A stretch of DNA of 64,000 nucleotides, taken from NCBI RefSeq assembly GCF_009914755.1, contig NC_060935.1; one strand, written 5' to 3'. This document shows, one piece after another, positions 39,361 through 52,616 of the stretch. Position 1 is the first letter of the stretch; the number at the start of each line of letters is the position of its first letter. The translations under genes and the position numbers were made by a program. The notes under the pieces are model-generated. The model saw only the letters and a list, made by a program, of their open reading frames with translations, did no database searches and was not told the DNA's origin. The DNA is from the human T2T-CHM13v2.0 reference genome, Homo sapiens.

Positions 39361-39644
39361 ATTAAAGGATGTCTCATTCTGCTCTTCTCTGGTACTTGAA
39401 TCTGGTCTACATCCTCAGACTTTTCAAACTAGTTAGAAAGCCATCCATCCATCCACTGACTCCACATACCTGTGTGCTGGCCATCAGTGACAGAGACCAA
39501 TGTAAGGCACAATTCCCAATTTGGAGGAGCTCATGGCTTCAGTTCTCATCTTCACTGGAACTCTGCCTCCTTTCTGCTTCTGTGAATTAGTTCTAGCCAT
39601 ACATTCTGGAGGCCTTGTGGAGAAAGCTCTCCTTCGCCCCTAGC

Positions 39645-39895
39645 CCTTCTTTGGTCCTTTCTTCTTCTTCTTCCTCCTTCTTCCTTCTTCCTCATTCTCC
39701 TTCTCCTCCTCCTCCTTCCTTCTTCTTCTTCCTCCATCTTCCTTCTTCTCCTTCCTCCTTTTTCCTTCTTCTCCTTCTCCTACTCCTCCTCCTTCTTTCT
39801 TCTTCTTCTTCCTCCTGCTCCTCCTCCTCCTCCTCCTCCTCGTTCTTTCTCTTCCTCTTCTTCCTTTTTCTTCTTCTTCTTCTTCTTCTTCTTCT
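39645..39895. repeat. Pyrimidine tract (CTT/CCT) with (TTC)9 at 39868-39894
   Basis: Direct reading; contiguous with the poly-T of the antisense Alu. Confidence 0.95.
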
Positions 39896-40188
39896 TTTTT
39901 TTTTTTGGTGACAGAGTCTTGCTCTGTTGCTCAGGCTGAAGTGCAGTGGTGTGTGATCTCGGCTCACAGCAGCCTCCGCCTCCTGCATTCAAGGGCTTCT
40001 CCTGCCTCAGCCTCCTGAGTAGCTGGGACTACAGGTGCATGCCACCACGCCCAGCCAATTTTTGTATTTTTAGTAGAATCAGCGTTTCACCTTGTTGACC
40101 AGGATGGTCTCGATCTCCTGACCTCGTGATCCACACATCTTGGCCTCCCAAAGTGCTGGGATTACAGGCGTGAGCCACCACACCCAGC
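39895..40188 (-). mobile_element. AluSc-like
   Basis: gacagagtcttgctctgttg...ccaggatggtctcgatctcctgacctcgtgatcc...gagccaccacacccagc. Confidence 0.9.
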
Positions 40189-40400
40189 TTCTTTGTCTTA
40201 TTGTGTGTATTTAAGGTGTACAACATGATGTTTTGATATACATATATGTAGTGAAATGATTATTATAGTCAAGAAAATTAATGTATCCATTATCACATAT
40301 GGTTACTTTACTATACTCCTCTTGCAGTCTGTTAGATCTCTACATCTTACATGACTGCAACTCTGTACTGTCTCACTTACATGCCCCTATTTCCTGTTAT
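40189..40400 (-). mobile_element. L1MA/MB 3' end fragment
   Basis: tatttaaggtgtacaacatgatgttttgatatacata...agtgaaatgattattatagtcaag. Confidence 0.75.
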
Positions 40401-40492
40401 CTCTTCTTTTGTCACAATACCTCTGAAGGAGAGGATGGAGAAAAGAGTGCTTTGTAAAGGTGTGTTAGGTCTCACAGGACTTGCTAGCTCAC

Positions 40493-40540
40493 ACTCTCTC
40501 TCTCTCTCTCTCCCTCCCTCTCTCTCTCTTTCTCTTTCTT
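40493..40540. repeat. (TC)n microsatellite
   Basis: Direct reading. Confidence 0.9.
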
Positions 40541-41199
40541 GGTCCCCCTCCCTAATAGCCAGTTTGGCGCATACCTGTGGTTGCTCTGTCTACCTTCCTG
40601 TTGTATCCCAGTAGATCCCCAAAATAAGCATCAGCAGCCACATTGGGACCCTACCCTCCACAATGAGGAAGAGATTGAGAGGTTTGGAGACAGGACAGGG
40701 AGGCAGGCAGGGTCAAACCAAAGGTTCCCTTGGAGAATCATGAGTGGGTTTTAGAGGGGTCAATGAACCCTTGAAATTGTACACGTATCCCTTATATGTA
40801 TTGCGTGTGTGTGCAGTGGTGGTGGTAGGAGAGCTCATGACTGTCCCTGAGTTTGCAAAGTGTTTGTGACTCATAAAAGGTTGAGAGTGACAGCTATCCA
40901 TTACTTCAAAGGGGGTAAATAGTTATCTTCAGAGAAGAACTTTCATGAGGGCCCACACATTCCCTTAATTTCTTACCCAAGAGTCTTATTTGATTTTCGA
41001 CATAACCATGTAGAGTAGTTATTAGTTTCACTTAATGATTTGAGAAACTGAGATCCTGCTAGGTAAAATAACTTGGCCCAAGCCCCATAGTTACCAAGTG
41101 GCAGAGGCACAGCCCACACCCAGATCATTCCACTAGAAGAAACAAAAAGTTCTCATTCGCTCTCAGGAAAAATTAGGGAATTAACCAGTTTTAATTGGT

Positions 41200-41274
41200 A
41201 ATGAGAATTCAATACTCACTTTTTGAGTATCTACTATATGCTAGTCAAACACATATACACACACGTGTGCACGC

Positions 41275-41318
<44 letters not shown>

Positions 41319-41715
41319 TTCACAAGAGCCCTGAAAATCCAGGCAAACTTTTTGTTCTACAAATGAGGAAGATTAATCCCAGAGAGGCTAGATTAAATTG
41401 TTCAAACTTCCACCACTGGCAAGTGAGGATTTAAACCCTGGTCTACTGAAGTCGTCAGTTTTGTCTCTTTTGATATCTTTCTCACCTCCCTGGGTAATTT
41501 GCAGAACCTTTGTGGGAACTGCCTGGCTGCTGGCTGAGGCAGAGTTGAGGGAAGGGAAAGGAAATGATACACTGCTAAATATCTCTGAACCTCAGTTTTT
41601 TCATCTATGGAATGGGAGAAAGTCATATTTTAAAAGGAAACTGTGAAGATCAAATGAGATAATGTATTTAAGTGCCTGACATGTGGCAAGGCCTTGCTAC
41701 ATTTAGCTGTTATTA
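41200..41715. mobile_element. MIR (-) containing (CA)n(TA)n at ~41248-41318, then MIR (+) at ~41570-41715
   Basis: ttctacaaatgaggaag...ccagagagg; ctctgaacctcagtttttcatctatggaatggg...gaagatcaaatgagataatg. Confidence 0.75.
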
Positions 41716-43849
41716 TCTGACTGAAAAGAGAAGGACACGCTGCCGCGGTGGGACTGTCTCCCTCCTCAGGGCTCTGCTGTTCAGCAATGCCTTAGTGGCC
41801 TTCTGTGAGGTGGAACCAGCTTTATTAAAGAGTTTCTCTTTTTCATCCTGCCAGGAGATTTGAGGAGTTCAAAACCATTTTTCAAAATATGTTTTGACAT
41901 TTAATTATATACATCTTCCTCTTCGGTTATAACTTCCCTTGCCATGTCTGCAACAAACAGGGATTTTTGATGTACTAGTATAGTTCCTATCCCTCCATAA
42001 TCAGTTTCCTGCCTTTAACAATTAGTAATCTCAACATCGAAGTTCAAACACCCAGGTAACTTAATTATTTCTCTTTCTACTTCCCTTAACCAGGAAGAAC
42101 CAGCAAATGACACATTGGTTTATCCAGCATTTTTTAAAATGTGACTTTAGACTGCACACTGGAACCAGTGACCCTTCTCTCAGACCACATTCAATTAATA
42201 TGCAAATGAATTAGACCTTCTGGGTCAGCACTGAAGTTTAGAATCAAAGGAAATCCAGGGGCAGAGGAGGGAGGAATTAACTACTTAGAGGAGTAGTTCA
42301 GAGAGTACAGGATTTGGAATTAGATCAAACAGGGTTTGAATCCTAGCTCTACCATTTACCTTCTTTTAACTATGGTCATGAGCAACTCATTAGCCCTCAA
42401 TAGCTACCTCTAAGCAAGCTCTGGGGACGTGAGTGTCCATCTCAGGTCTATAAGCAAGATTTCCTAAACAAAGAACAAGCACTGTGTTCCCTGAGATGAG
42501 ATCCCAGATTGCAGCATGGGGGAGAGGACTGCAGACCTCCAGAGAGCAACCTTAGGACCCGGAACCCACTTCTAGCCCTACCACGGGGTAATTGTGTGGA
42601 AAGGTCACTGGAGAGGCTTGTGTCTTGGCACTTTCATTTGCATGATAGAAATAATAACAAACACCTCCCGCTATCCTCCCTCCTTCCCTCTCAGATATAG
42701 TAGAAGATCTAACAATAACTCAACAGCATTTTCTGAGTGCCTGCCCTAGGTTAGGCCATGCGGAAGAAGCTGAAGATACTCAGATGAATGAGACCATCCT
42801 TGTTTTCAAGGCATTCAGAGCCTGATGGGGAAACACACACTAATGACCATTTGTCTTAGAATAAGGTGATTGAACCACAAGATAAATGGACTAGGACAGT
42901 GGGAAGGAGGAGGAAGGGGCCTCTAAGCCCTCTTGGGATAAAGAGTTCGGGACATGTGACATAAAGAAAAATAATTTTTATTGGTGGGGTGACAGAACTA
43001 GTAAATGTCTTTTCTCAAACGTCTGTGATGTTGTAGAAAGGTACTAGAATTTCATTTGGTGTGTTTACTGCTTATTCATTTATTTATTCATTCAACACAT
43101 TTCCTGAGTGCCTACCACATATCTGTTTCTGTGCTAGGAACTTAAGTTTCACTCTCTCACTTTATATGATGATAGATCAATCTGTCTGTCATTTCCAGTC
43201 AATGAGATGGTATTTGTATTTTTCAGCCCCTAGTTGGGGCCATTGAATATTTGTTGAAAGTGAGCAAACAAAGGAACACATGTTTGATGCAGTCTAAAAA
43301 CCTTAGAATTGACTTCTAAATGTCTTTGAAAGGATAAATCTTTTGTGATTCTATTAAGGAACTTGAGTCAGCTTCTGTCAAATGCACTGTGTTTGGGAAG
43401 CACTTGGGTGTTCAGAACTCTTCAGTTCCTGGGACTTTGAAAAGAATACTTTGACTATGTGGTCAGTTTACCATCTACTTAATCAATTTTGCCTGGAAAA
43501 GACTTAGGATACACAGAGCAACTTAGAAAAGTGGTACCCAGTACTAGCAACCTTTTCTTCCCTGCTCTGTTTTCCTAATCTTGCTTCATTGGGGGAAGGA
43601 ATATCATGTTCATTTTGGCCGAGGGAATCAGTATTGTGTTTTAATAGGCAATAAGGTATGTCTCCCTGCATTCTGGAGCCAGGTGGAGCTCCCAGCAAAG
43701 TGGAAGAGAAAAGGCACAGGGCCAGGGAACTATGGGGTGGGGACTGATGAACTAGCAGTGATTCAACCTGAGACTGTGGGCACCTAGAACTTTGTGCAGA
43801 TGTTCAAGACATGTTAGGTATAACAGGATGGCTTTCTTCTTCTTGACCA

Positions 43850-44280
43850 CAAAGCAAAAACTTCATCCATCCGTCTACCCACCCACTCACTCCTCCCTTT
43901 CCCCACTGACCCATCCACTTGTCCAGTCAACCAGTCTCTACAGGCAGGCTCATTTCTAGCCACGAAGTATACAGAGATGAATGAGGAAATACAGACACAT
44001 GAACAAGCCAATTAGGATACACTATATCTACAGCAATAGAGACATGAGGGAGCTGCTGAGAAAATCCAGCAGCTATAACTAACTCGCTCAGCAGGAATCA
44101 TGGAAGGCTCCCCAGAGAAAGTGCCAACAGAGCCTGGAAGAATAAATCTGAGATTGCCAGAACAGGTAATGTGGAGAGTTGTACCAGGAGGTGTTAAGAG
44201 CAATCTCAAGGTCATGGAGGCAAGAAAGAAATATTCTGGGGAGTGGGAGAAGTTGAAAGTGTGGCTAGAATGCAAGTTTG
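43850..44280 (-). mobile_element. L2 3' region
   Basis: caggaatcatggaaggctccccagagaaagtg...tctggggagtgggagaagttgaaagtgtggctagaatg. Confidence 0.6.
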
Positions 44281-45349
44281 TGGCATTTGCAACATATTTT
44301 GCAGGATGGTTGGTTTCTAATTTGCTGAGTTTTCAAGAGCTCACCTTAGATGGCATCAGCCTTGAAGACATATGAATGCATTTTAATATCAAACAAGATT
44401 AGGTTAAATATACTGGCTCTATGCTCTCATATGCGTATCTACTGTATGTCCCCAGTTGAAATGCCCATTATACATCATTCATTCTTCTGTTCATTCATTT
44501 TAAAAAACAAATGTTTATTGAGAAACTACTCTGGGCCAACAAAGGCACAGAGAGGTGAGTTTTTCCACATTTACCCAGCTAAGTTCATCATAGCAACTGA
44601 TAGAGGAGAACTCAACTCCCAAAGCCCACACTACCTCTGCTTACACCAGGCATTATACAACATGAATTTCTCTTTGGAGAATAAAGAAAGGAGCTAGCTG
44701 TTCATGGAAACTGAATTATTTGAACTCTGAGTTTTGCTTGGCTTTGGTAATAAACATTACTAAGGAAGTGTCTCTTCCTGGGTCACTTCTGCCTGTTTAT
44801 ATCAGAAGGCTTCATCAATGAGCAAAACAGATGAAGACTCCTGTCCTTGGGAAGCTTACTGTACAGTGTGATTACTTGGAATTACCTGTTCAAAATGGCT
44901 TTGCCTTCCAGACAGTAAGCACAATGAAGTCTAGAGTTATGTCTGTCTTGTTTGATGATGGACTTATTACAGTGCCTGGCACAGAGTAGAACCATATATA
45001 TGTATTTTATTACCTTTCCAATCTGCATCCATCATCCCAGAAGTAAATGACAACTGGCAAGCTATTCCTTGCAAGCTAATCTCATGTCCTTTGAGAGGGC
45101 TCTTAATGGATTCCACACTCATATAGCAGCCACAGTCATAAATGCGCTTAAAAATAAACAGAACTTTGTTCTGCCAGGCTTTATGAATGCCATGATTACA
45201 TGGGCAGAAGTGACCCATGAGGAGAGACTTCCTTGGTAGCATTTACCACCAGGGCAAAGTGAGGCTCAGAGCTGTAGGAACTCACGTTCCATGCATAGCT
45301 AGTACTTTACATTCTTTCCTTCATCTATCTAAGGAGAAATTCACACTGT

Positions 45350-45800
45350 ATGATGCCGAGCCATAAGTGGAAGAAACATGGGTTTGGGGGTTGGTGCTCT
45401 CTTCTTTCATTTGCTATGATGAATGTGGCCAGATACACGTGGAAAAATTAATCTCTTTGTGCCTTTGCTCTCTCATCTGTAAAATGCCTGACTTGAAGCT
45501 CAGGTGAGAGCATTGAATGAAATAATATATTGAAAGCATCTGGCCCAGTACACCTAGCCCAGCATCAGCCTGTAAAATGATCATTATTATTACTGTGGTT
45601 CAGACTTTTGGGGAGATGTGTTAGGCTGTTTGGGTTTTGTAGAAAGAATCTAGGACCTAGAGACAGGGAACTTAAGTTCTCATCCCGGCTCTGTCACCTG
45701 TGAGCTGTGTGATATCAGCTTAGTTACTCAGCCTCTCTGGGCCTTGACTCCTTATCTCTTAAAAAAAGAAGTTGGTCCAATAATTTCTACTTATAATTTT
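45350..45800 (+). mobile_element. Two MIR-family SINEs
   Basis: ctctttgtgcctttgctctctcatctgtaaaatg; ggctctgtcacctgtgagctgtgtgat...ctcagcctctctgggcc. Confidence 0.75.
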
Positions 45801-45879
45801 TTCTTAGCAAAGTGCCCTCCTCTCAATCCCTACTTGCTAATGGCATCATTCAGCCTCTCTTGGATAACAACTGCCAAGC

Positions 45880-46072
45880 CTCTATAGCTACCAAATTAGA
45901 ACATGGTGATCCATCTGGGCAAATTGGAAGGAGCTGCGTTTCCCCTGGGTAGACCCAGCCCCATGCTGGAGCTGCCTGGGGAGCTATTTGGGGGCTGGAT
46001 TTTGGTCCCATTTTCTCCCAGCCAGGGACTATAGTGCAGTGTACAACCTGACCCACCATACGCCGTGGCCCT
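45880..46072 (-). mobile_element. MER91A hAT-Tip100 MITE inside L2
   Basis: ggggctggattt...gtgcagtgtacaacctg...catacgccgtggccctg terminus. Confidence 0.7.
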
Positions 46073-46550
46073 GGCCTCCTCACTGGCCTCCAGACATACC
46101 TGTCCTATTTCAGTCCTTGTTCCACACTACTCCTAGGAATCACTTCCACTCTGAACCCTAAGCAGGATTCACTCTCCTTCCTGCACAAACCCTTCACTGG
46201 CCCCTCTTGGCTTCGGCATAAAACCAAGCCACTTTGCTAGGCCTCATACAAGCTTTTCCTCTCTCAGTGGGGCACCATAAGTGCACACATGCACCGTAAG
46301 TCTGCAGTTCCCTGGACATACAATGCTTTTCCTCACTGCAGAACCTATGCACACAAGGCCCCCTCAGCTCAGAATGCCTTCTTCAAGTTCCTCCTCTGTA
46401 CTCTTCACCCATGCTAATGCCCAGACACCCGTCAAGACTCAGCTTTGTGTCAACTCTTCCAGCAATCTTTCTGTAACCCCAACCCTTAAGACAGACTGGG
46501 AGCCCCTGTACTGAGCCTTCATTCTTAGCACAAAGCTACCTCTTCTAGTG
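46073..46550 (+). mobile_element. L2 3' region
   Basis: gcctcctcactggcctcc...aaacccttcactggcccc...aagactcagctttgtgtcaactcttccag. Confidence 0.7.
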
Positions 46551-46728
46551 AAGGGCCTCATGTTATAATTGAGGAAACTGAGGCCTAGACAAGAATCACA
46601 AGACCAGCAACTGGCACTTATTGACAGCTGTGTGCCAAGTGCTGACAGCCACTCTAGGATGTGGGTATTGGCATTTCTAGTTTACAGCTGGGAAAGCTGA
46701 GGTTCTGAGTAGCATCTAGTCTCTGTTG

Positions 46729-46931
46729 CAGTGGTTCTCAAAGTACAGTCTCAGTCCTGCAACAGAAGCATCAGCATCAGCGGGGAACTTGGGAGAAATG
46801 CAGACTCTCCAGCTGACTCCAGACATATTCAATCAGAAATTCTTGGGGTGGGCCCAACCATATGTGTTTAAAGAGCCCTCCAGGTAATTCTGATGAATGC
46901 CAAAATTTGATTAAAGTTTGCAAACTACCGG
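46729..46931. mobile_element. MER5A hAT-Charlie MITE
   Basis: cagtggttctcaaagt...gcatcagcatca...gaaatgcaga...gccctccaggtaattctgatg. Confidence 0.85.
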
Positions 46932-47207
46932 CCTAATATTATCCAGCTGGTCATGGGTGGATCTGGGATTTAGAACCATATGACAGATAGCTAAAAAAAT
47001 TAATAAGCTTATGCTTTTAACTTTTATGCTGTGTCTACCTATGGGTTTTTCTCAGTGAGGCCTCCCCTGGTCGCCCGATTTAAAATCACTTCTCCCCTCC
47101 TACCATCCACTGCTAAGCATTTCCTATCTCCTGCCCTTTCTTTTACTCAATAATACTTCCCAGTTGGCATACTACACATTCTAAATCTTAGTTTACAATT
47201 TACTATT

Positions 47208-47587
47208 TGTCTTAGTAAGATTGCACTGCCATAACAAAATAGTACAGACTGGGTGGCTTAAACAACAGAGATTTAGTTTTTCACAGTCCCAGAGCCTGGA
47301 ACTCTGAGGTCAAGGTTCCAGCATGGCCAGGTTCTGGCGTGAGCCCTTTATCTGGTTTGCAGACAGGTGGCTACCTTCTCCCTGAGTGTTTATATGGCTG
47401 AGTGAGAGGGCAAACAAACTCTCTGATGTCTTTACCTAAAAGGGCACAAATCCCATGATGAGGGCCTTGTCCTCATGACCTCATCTCATACTAATTACCT
47501 CCTAAAGTCTCCATCTCCATATGCTGTCACATTGGGGTTTAGGGCTTCAACGCATGCAGGAGGTACACAAACATTCAGTCCACAATG
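47208..47587 (-). mobile_element. MLT1A-type MaLR solo LTR inside L2
   Basis: gccataacaaaatagtacagactgggtggcttaaacaacaga...ctcatgacctcatct...tagggcttcaac...aacattcagtcca. Confidence 0.88.
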
Positions 47588-48719
47588 ATCTCCTTCTATC
47601 TGAATGTAAGCCCCAGCTGGGCAGGCATTTGTCTGTGTAGTTCACTTGCTAACTGCTAAATCCTTAGTGCCTAGAACACTGCCTTACACATAGTACGTAC
47701 TCAACGTATACTTAGAAATAAGTGGTTACATAGCTGGTTGGTGACACAGAAGGGAAACTCACTGAGGTCTACTTATTCACACTTCAATACATTCCCTATG
47801 CCTCCTCAAATCTTTGCCTCCTTTTTAGTGATCTCCTGATAGCAGCTCTCTCCTTCCTAGAGAGGTCATTTTCCAGTATCATTCTTTTACCAATCATCAC
47901 TTGCAGGAAGAGGGTTTTTTTCCAGCAAGCCCTGCAGTGCGGTTACCCTAGGCATGATTTAGCTAATTTACTCAGCGCTTTGTCTTAATGGTTCACCAAG
48001 TGGACATTTTTTTCAGTAATGACAGTAAATGCATTTGAAATGTAGATATCGACCCAGGCGATGCTGTATATTCGGCTCATCAAATTTTCATGTTAAAATT
48101 AAAATTCTTTTTTTTTTTTTTTTTTTTTGGTGGGAAGGGAAAAGCTGAAGTGTTGATTCACTGTGGCATACATTTTTCCAAATGAAAAGAGAAGGCTTTA
48201 ATCTTACATACTTCCATGGCTACTGCCACATAATGGGCGATGATAGCAAGAGAGAGGGAAAGAAACCAGACTCCTTTTGGAGCTATAATGTTCCACTCAT
48301 GGCCCTCAGCTATACACAAAAATGTGCATGGGATACTTTGCCCCACCACCCTCAGCCAAAAGAAATGTCATCATCATTCCATTATTTCTCTCAAAATCTT
48401 TCCAGAGTTCCCAGCTGCCTCAGTCATCATCAGAGATTCTCCAACTTCTGCTACAAGATTAAAACAATCCCCACTGTTTTTCACTTGATTTATCACCTCC
48501 TCAGTGGTGCTTCCCTGACCACCCTATCCAAGTAGGCATCCCATGTTCTTCTCTATTATCATCCTGGTTCTACTTCCTAGTACTTATTATAGTCCATAAC
48601 TCTTCATTCATTTTTTTTTACTAGTTTATTTTTTACTGGTTTGTTGTCCACCCTTAGATAAGCCAAGACTTGTAGAGCCATAGCTAGTCTTTCCTTCCTG
48701 GAGCAGAGATGGGGGAAGA

Positions 48720-49420
48720 AATATCAATTTATTTCATATTAAATTTACCTGCTACACACACTGACCCAATTTACTGTTCGCAACAACTCCATGGGGTGGG
48801 GAATGGCACCACTACTTTGTCAATAAGGCCACTGAGGTCAGAACAGTTAAAGGATTTGGCTTGCAAAACATCAGATAAGTGAACGGTCTTTAGTTAACAA
48901 TCAGTTCTGCCCATCTCCAAAGTAGAGCTAAGCAGCAAAGCCTATAGTACTTGGAAGCCAGCTGACTTCTGTTCAAATTCTGGCTCTGACCCCTACCAGC
49001 TCTGCGGCCTTGGATGAGTTATTTAACTTGTTTTAGTTTCTCCACTTGTGAAATGGGAATAATAATAGGACCTACTTAATGGGGAGGTAAAATTTGAAGA
49101 ATTGAAAATATAAAGGATGTTGAACAATGTCTGGCACATGACAGTTATACAATACATTTTAGCTAGGGTTTCAACTTCGCCATGTTGGCAATTCATAATT
49201 GCTCACATTTGAGTAGGTTTTACAACACACTCTACTTTAAGACAATATTGGCAACAACCCCCACCCCCACTCTTAATACACACACACACGATTTCCCCCA
49301 TTTTCCAGATGAGGAAACTAAGGACCAGAGATTTTCTGCCACTTGCTCAAGGTCAGAGAGCTAAGAAACTGGCAGAGTGAGGACGAGGTCCAGGACCCCT
49401 GGCTCCTTCTCCAGTGGTCT
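48720..49420. mobile_element. Three consecutive MIRs in -, +, - orientation
   Basis: cactgaggtcagaacagttaa; ttcaaattctggctctgac...ccttggatgagttatttaac; cattttccagatgaggaaactaagg...acttgctcaaggtca. Confidence 0.75.
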
Positions 49421-50034
49421 GCCTCCTCAGGCCAGAATTTATATGGGCTCTATGCTTCGAGGTTGCATTTGTGGCCTTAGGCTGCCAAGCCTTTTCCAGT
49501 TCCTTGAAGGAACTGACCTAACAAACAAACAAAAACTATTAAATGCAGTAAGTCATTTATCTGCCAAAACAATGTGGTGAAAGAGAGATCCAATAAAAAG
49601 AGGGGCTGATGAGCAGATCAGAGTATAGAGATCTGAGCACCCTGTACACTCTCCCAAGTGGGCAACTGAGGTTCTTTTGGGCCCTGCTGGCATCTCCCCA
49701 TTGGCTTTCTGTTATCCTTCATTGCAGGACCTTTGTGTATGGGCAGCAAGACTGATGGCTTCCTGAACAGTGTGATTGGAAAAATTCTGCCTTTATCTTT
49801 AACACAGTTATGTCCAAAATAATTTCCTCAATCAGACTCTCAATTCCACCATTCAAGACACAGTCAGGATAAACACTGCCCCTCAATTATCCTGCCCATG
49901 GGGCAAGAAAAAGTTTTCAGACTCACTTTTGAAAGGTGGCCTGCCTATTGGTGGCTTTCCTTCACTGCATGTGCCAAGTAATCCTACAAAGTGAAAGGGA
50001 AAGAGACTCATGTTTTACTTTGGGCAATTCCTAT

Positions 50035-50245
50035 GTTCCAGGGACAGGTAGAGCATTTTGTGTATATTGCTGTATATCATTTAATCCTATGTCGACACTG
50101 AGATATTAGTAGTATTGTTTCTTTTTGATGCATAAAGAAACAAACTCAGAAAGCTTAAAGAATTTGCCAGGGGTTACATAGCTCATATTAATGGGTCTAA
50201 AATTCAAACCCAGGCATGCCCAGCTCTGGAGTCTGTGCTGCTTCC
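50035..50245 (-). mobile_element. MIR SINE
   Basis: tcatttaatcct...aaagaaacaaactcagaaagcttaaagaatttgcc...ttcaaacccaggc. Confidence 0.75.
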
Positions 50246-52009
50246 ATGACAACAAAAATGACAGATCATGAGCTTAGCAGTTTGGCTTTCTGTGTGACTA
50301 TGCAGGTATACATGCAGCCTTTTCTTCCTTATTGGGCCACTCAAGATGGTACAGTTGGAAACCTCTGTTTAGACCTTGAGTCTGTTTACTTGGAGGCTGG
50401 GCATTATACTTAGTTTCTAAACATCTGCTCTCCTGACACCTAGAATGCAGAAGCGCTCAAGCTGGAAGTCCTGACTTGTTTTGACTCCATGTGACAGTTT
50501 GTTTCTACTAAAACTCATGTCATGTGTGTATCACTGTTAATGATTTTGAACTATTCAGCCCTAAGGTGGGGCCCCAGGAGCAATTTTCTGGGTCCTCCCT
50601 TTTGAGTGTAAAATGATCTACAGAAAAATGTGTCTGTGGTCCTCCTAGCATCCCAGAGGCTACTGGGGGCTCTGCTATGGCTGGACCATGTGCCAGTTCT
50701 GGGTTCTATATCAGGGATTCCTGTCCATGAGCAGGCGGCATCCTCAGCAGCTCATTCCTACATCACTATCACCTCTGAGTCTTTCTTTTATCCACAACCC
50801 AAATGCCTTACCTCATACTTCTACTGACACTGTGTAGACACCAGCTTTTTAACACCCTGAGTCCCTCCATCTTTTTCCTTAGCATTTTCTTCTTCCTCCT
50901 TTTTTAAAAATAATATTTCTTTCCACTGTCATATTATAGTCATGCTTCTCAGCCCACCAAAGCCTTGAAATGGTATTTGACTCCCAGGTGTGCACTCTTG
51001 ACTTTTGTGCCCTATCTCTACTCTCAACAGCAAGCCGTAGACATCTGCAGCCATACGTAAAGTTCTGAGCAGTCTTCTCGTCTCCCTCATGCTATCCAAC
51101 GTAAAGCCTCACAATGTAAATCCTGTAAATCTGATCTCTCTGGAAGTCAAATGAAGTGTCCTGAACATCAGTCATATGTCAGGCACCTGCTTTCCCTTAG
51201 GCTATCTTAATTGTGCCTCAGTACAACCCAGAGAGGTAGGAATTTTTGTACCCATTACATAGATTAGAAAACTGAGACTCAGAGAGGTTGAATAATATGG
51301 CCTCACTCAAACTCCTGAGGGTCAGAGTTAGGGCTGTGATGTTTCTTTGTCTAATTTGAAGGTCAGGTCTTTCTATGACAAAGTACTGGCTAGCATTGAA
51401 GACCTTCATACTATCCTGTCTTGTTCTGCTTTCTGGAAGAGCCAAGTATTACAATATGCTATTCTTTGCCGTGTTGTGACCAGGTTAAAAATTAAAGCAA
51501 GGTATGTCAACTTTATGCCTCAGCAGTCACTCTATAAAGCAGCATGAAACCACACATGGCCACAAATACACATTTAAAATGAACCATAACTTTATAAGAG
51601 ACATTTAGAACTTACAATCAAAAAGCCATTTATTAACAGTTCTATCCACATTCACCAATTAGATGGCCCTGTCATTTATCTGTTTGAACATCAAGCAGTT
51701 CTTCAACTATTATTTTAATTAATTAATTCAGCCCTTTTATCCCTAGGGTGGGCCCTGGGAGACACCTGGCTTATTTTCACAGCAGTCCCTGATGCTCAGC
51801 TGTCAAGCCACATCATGACTGGCACTCCGAGCTTCATGCAAGGCCAAGCACTTAATCTCTTTAACAGAGACCTGTCATCACTTGCTTTCACTCCAGCACA
51901 GCCCCAGTCTGTGTTGAGACACAATGTCTCATGCACCTGTCCCTGCCTTCCCATTGTAACAGCCACCATATGGGTTCAGACCCTTCTCAATTCCTCTCTG
52001 CATCATTGT

Positions 52010-52250
52010 TCCTGCAATTCACTGAGAGCCTGCTTTGTGCCAGGCACCATGCTATGCGTTTCATATTCCTCTTCTCTCATCCACAAAACCACTAGGCAAA
52101 ATAGGACTATCATCCCCATATCCCCCAAGAGGAAATGGAGTCTTAGAAATGTAAAGTGACTTGTGCAAGATCCCTCAACTAGGAAGCTGTTAAGCCAGGA
52201 TTGGAAGCGAGCTCTATATTGACTTCGATGATTGCGTTTCTTCCACTCTT
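52010..52250 (-). mobile_element. MIR SINE
   Basis: actgagagcctgctttgtgccaggcac...gaggaaatggagtcttagaaatgtaaagtgacttgtgcaag. Confidence 0.8.
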
Positions 52251-52616
52251 CTGCATTGTTAGAATCTTGCCTTTAATATCTAAGATCTAGGAATGAAAGA
52301 CAGAAGCTAGCTAGGCTATATACTATATAAAGGGGTAAAATGGAAAAGAGGGTCTTCAGAAAAAGCATGGCAGAGGGCCTGCTAAGGGGAAATAAGATGT
52401 ATCAAAAAAACAAAACACCTGTTGAGCAGTCTTCTGTGGATGTACTGTGTACATTCTCTTTACTCTCTCCTTTGTGGACTTTTCAGTAAATTCTGTTTTG
52501 TTCCTGATATTTATGTACAGTGTATTTATTTGGTAGTGGTTGTAGAGCAGGTGTTCAGGGCTAGCAGGAGAAGGAAGAGACAGTGGACAGTTGGATTATA
52601 TGTTGATTTAAAACAG

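Noticed and set aside
39552-39992. Poly-E/K/R/S ORFs
   Set aside because: Translations of the CTT/CCT tract and Alu tail
49602-49642. CTGATGA followed by a CAGATC/GATCTG stem, suggesting a hammerhead ribozyme or mini C/D RNA
   Set aside because: No GAAA after the stem and no stems I/III, so the hammerhead core is incomplete; ~40 nt is too short for a snoRNA
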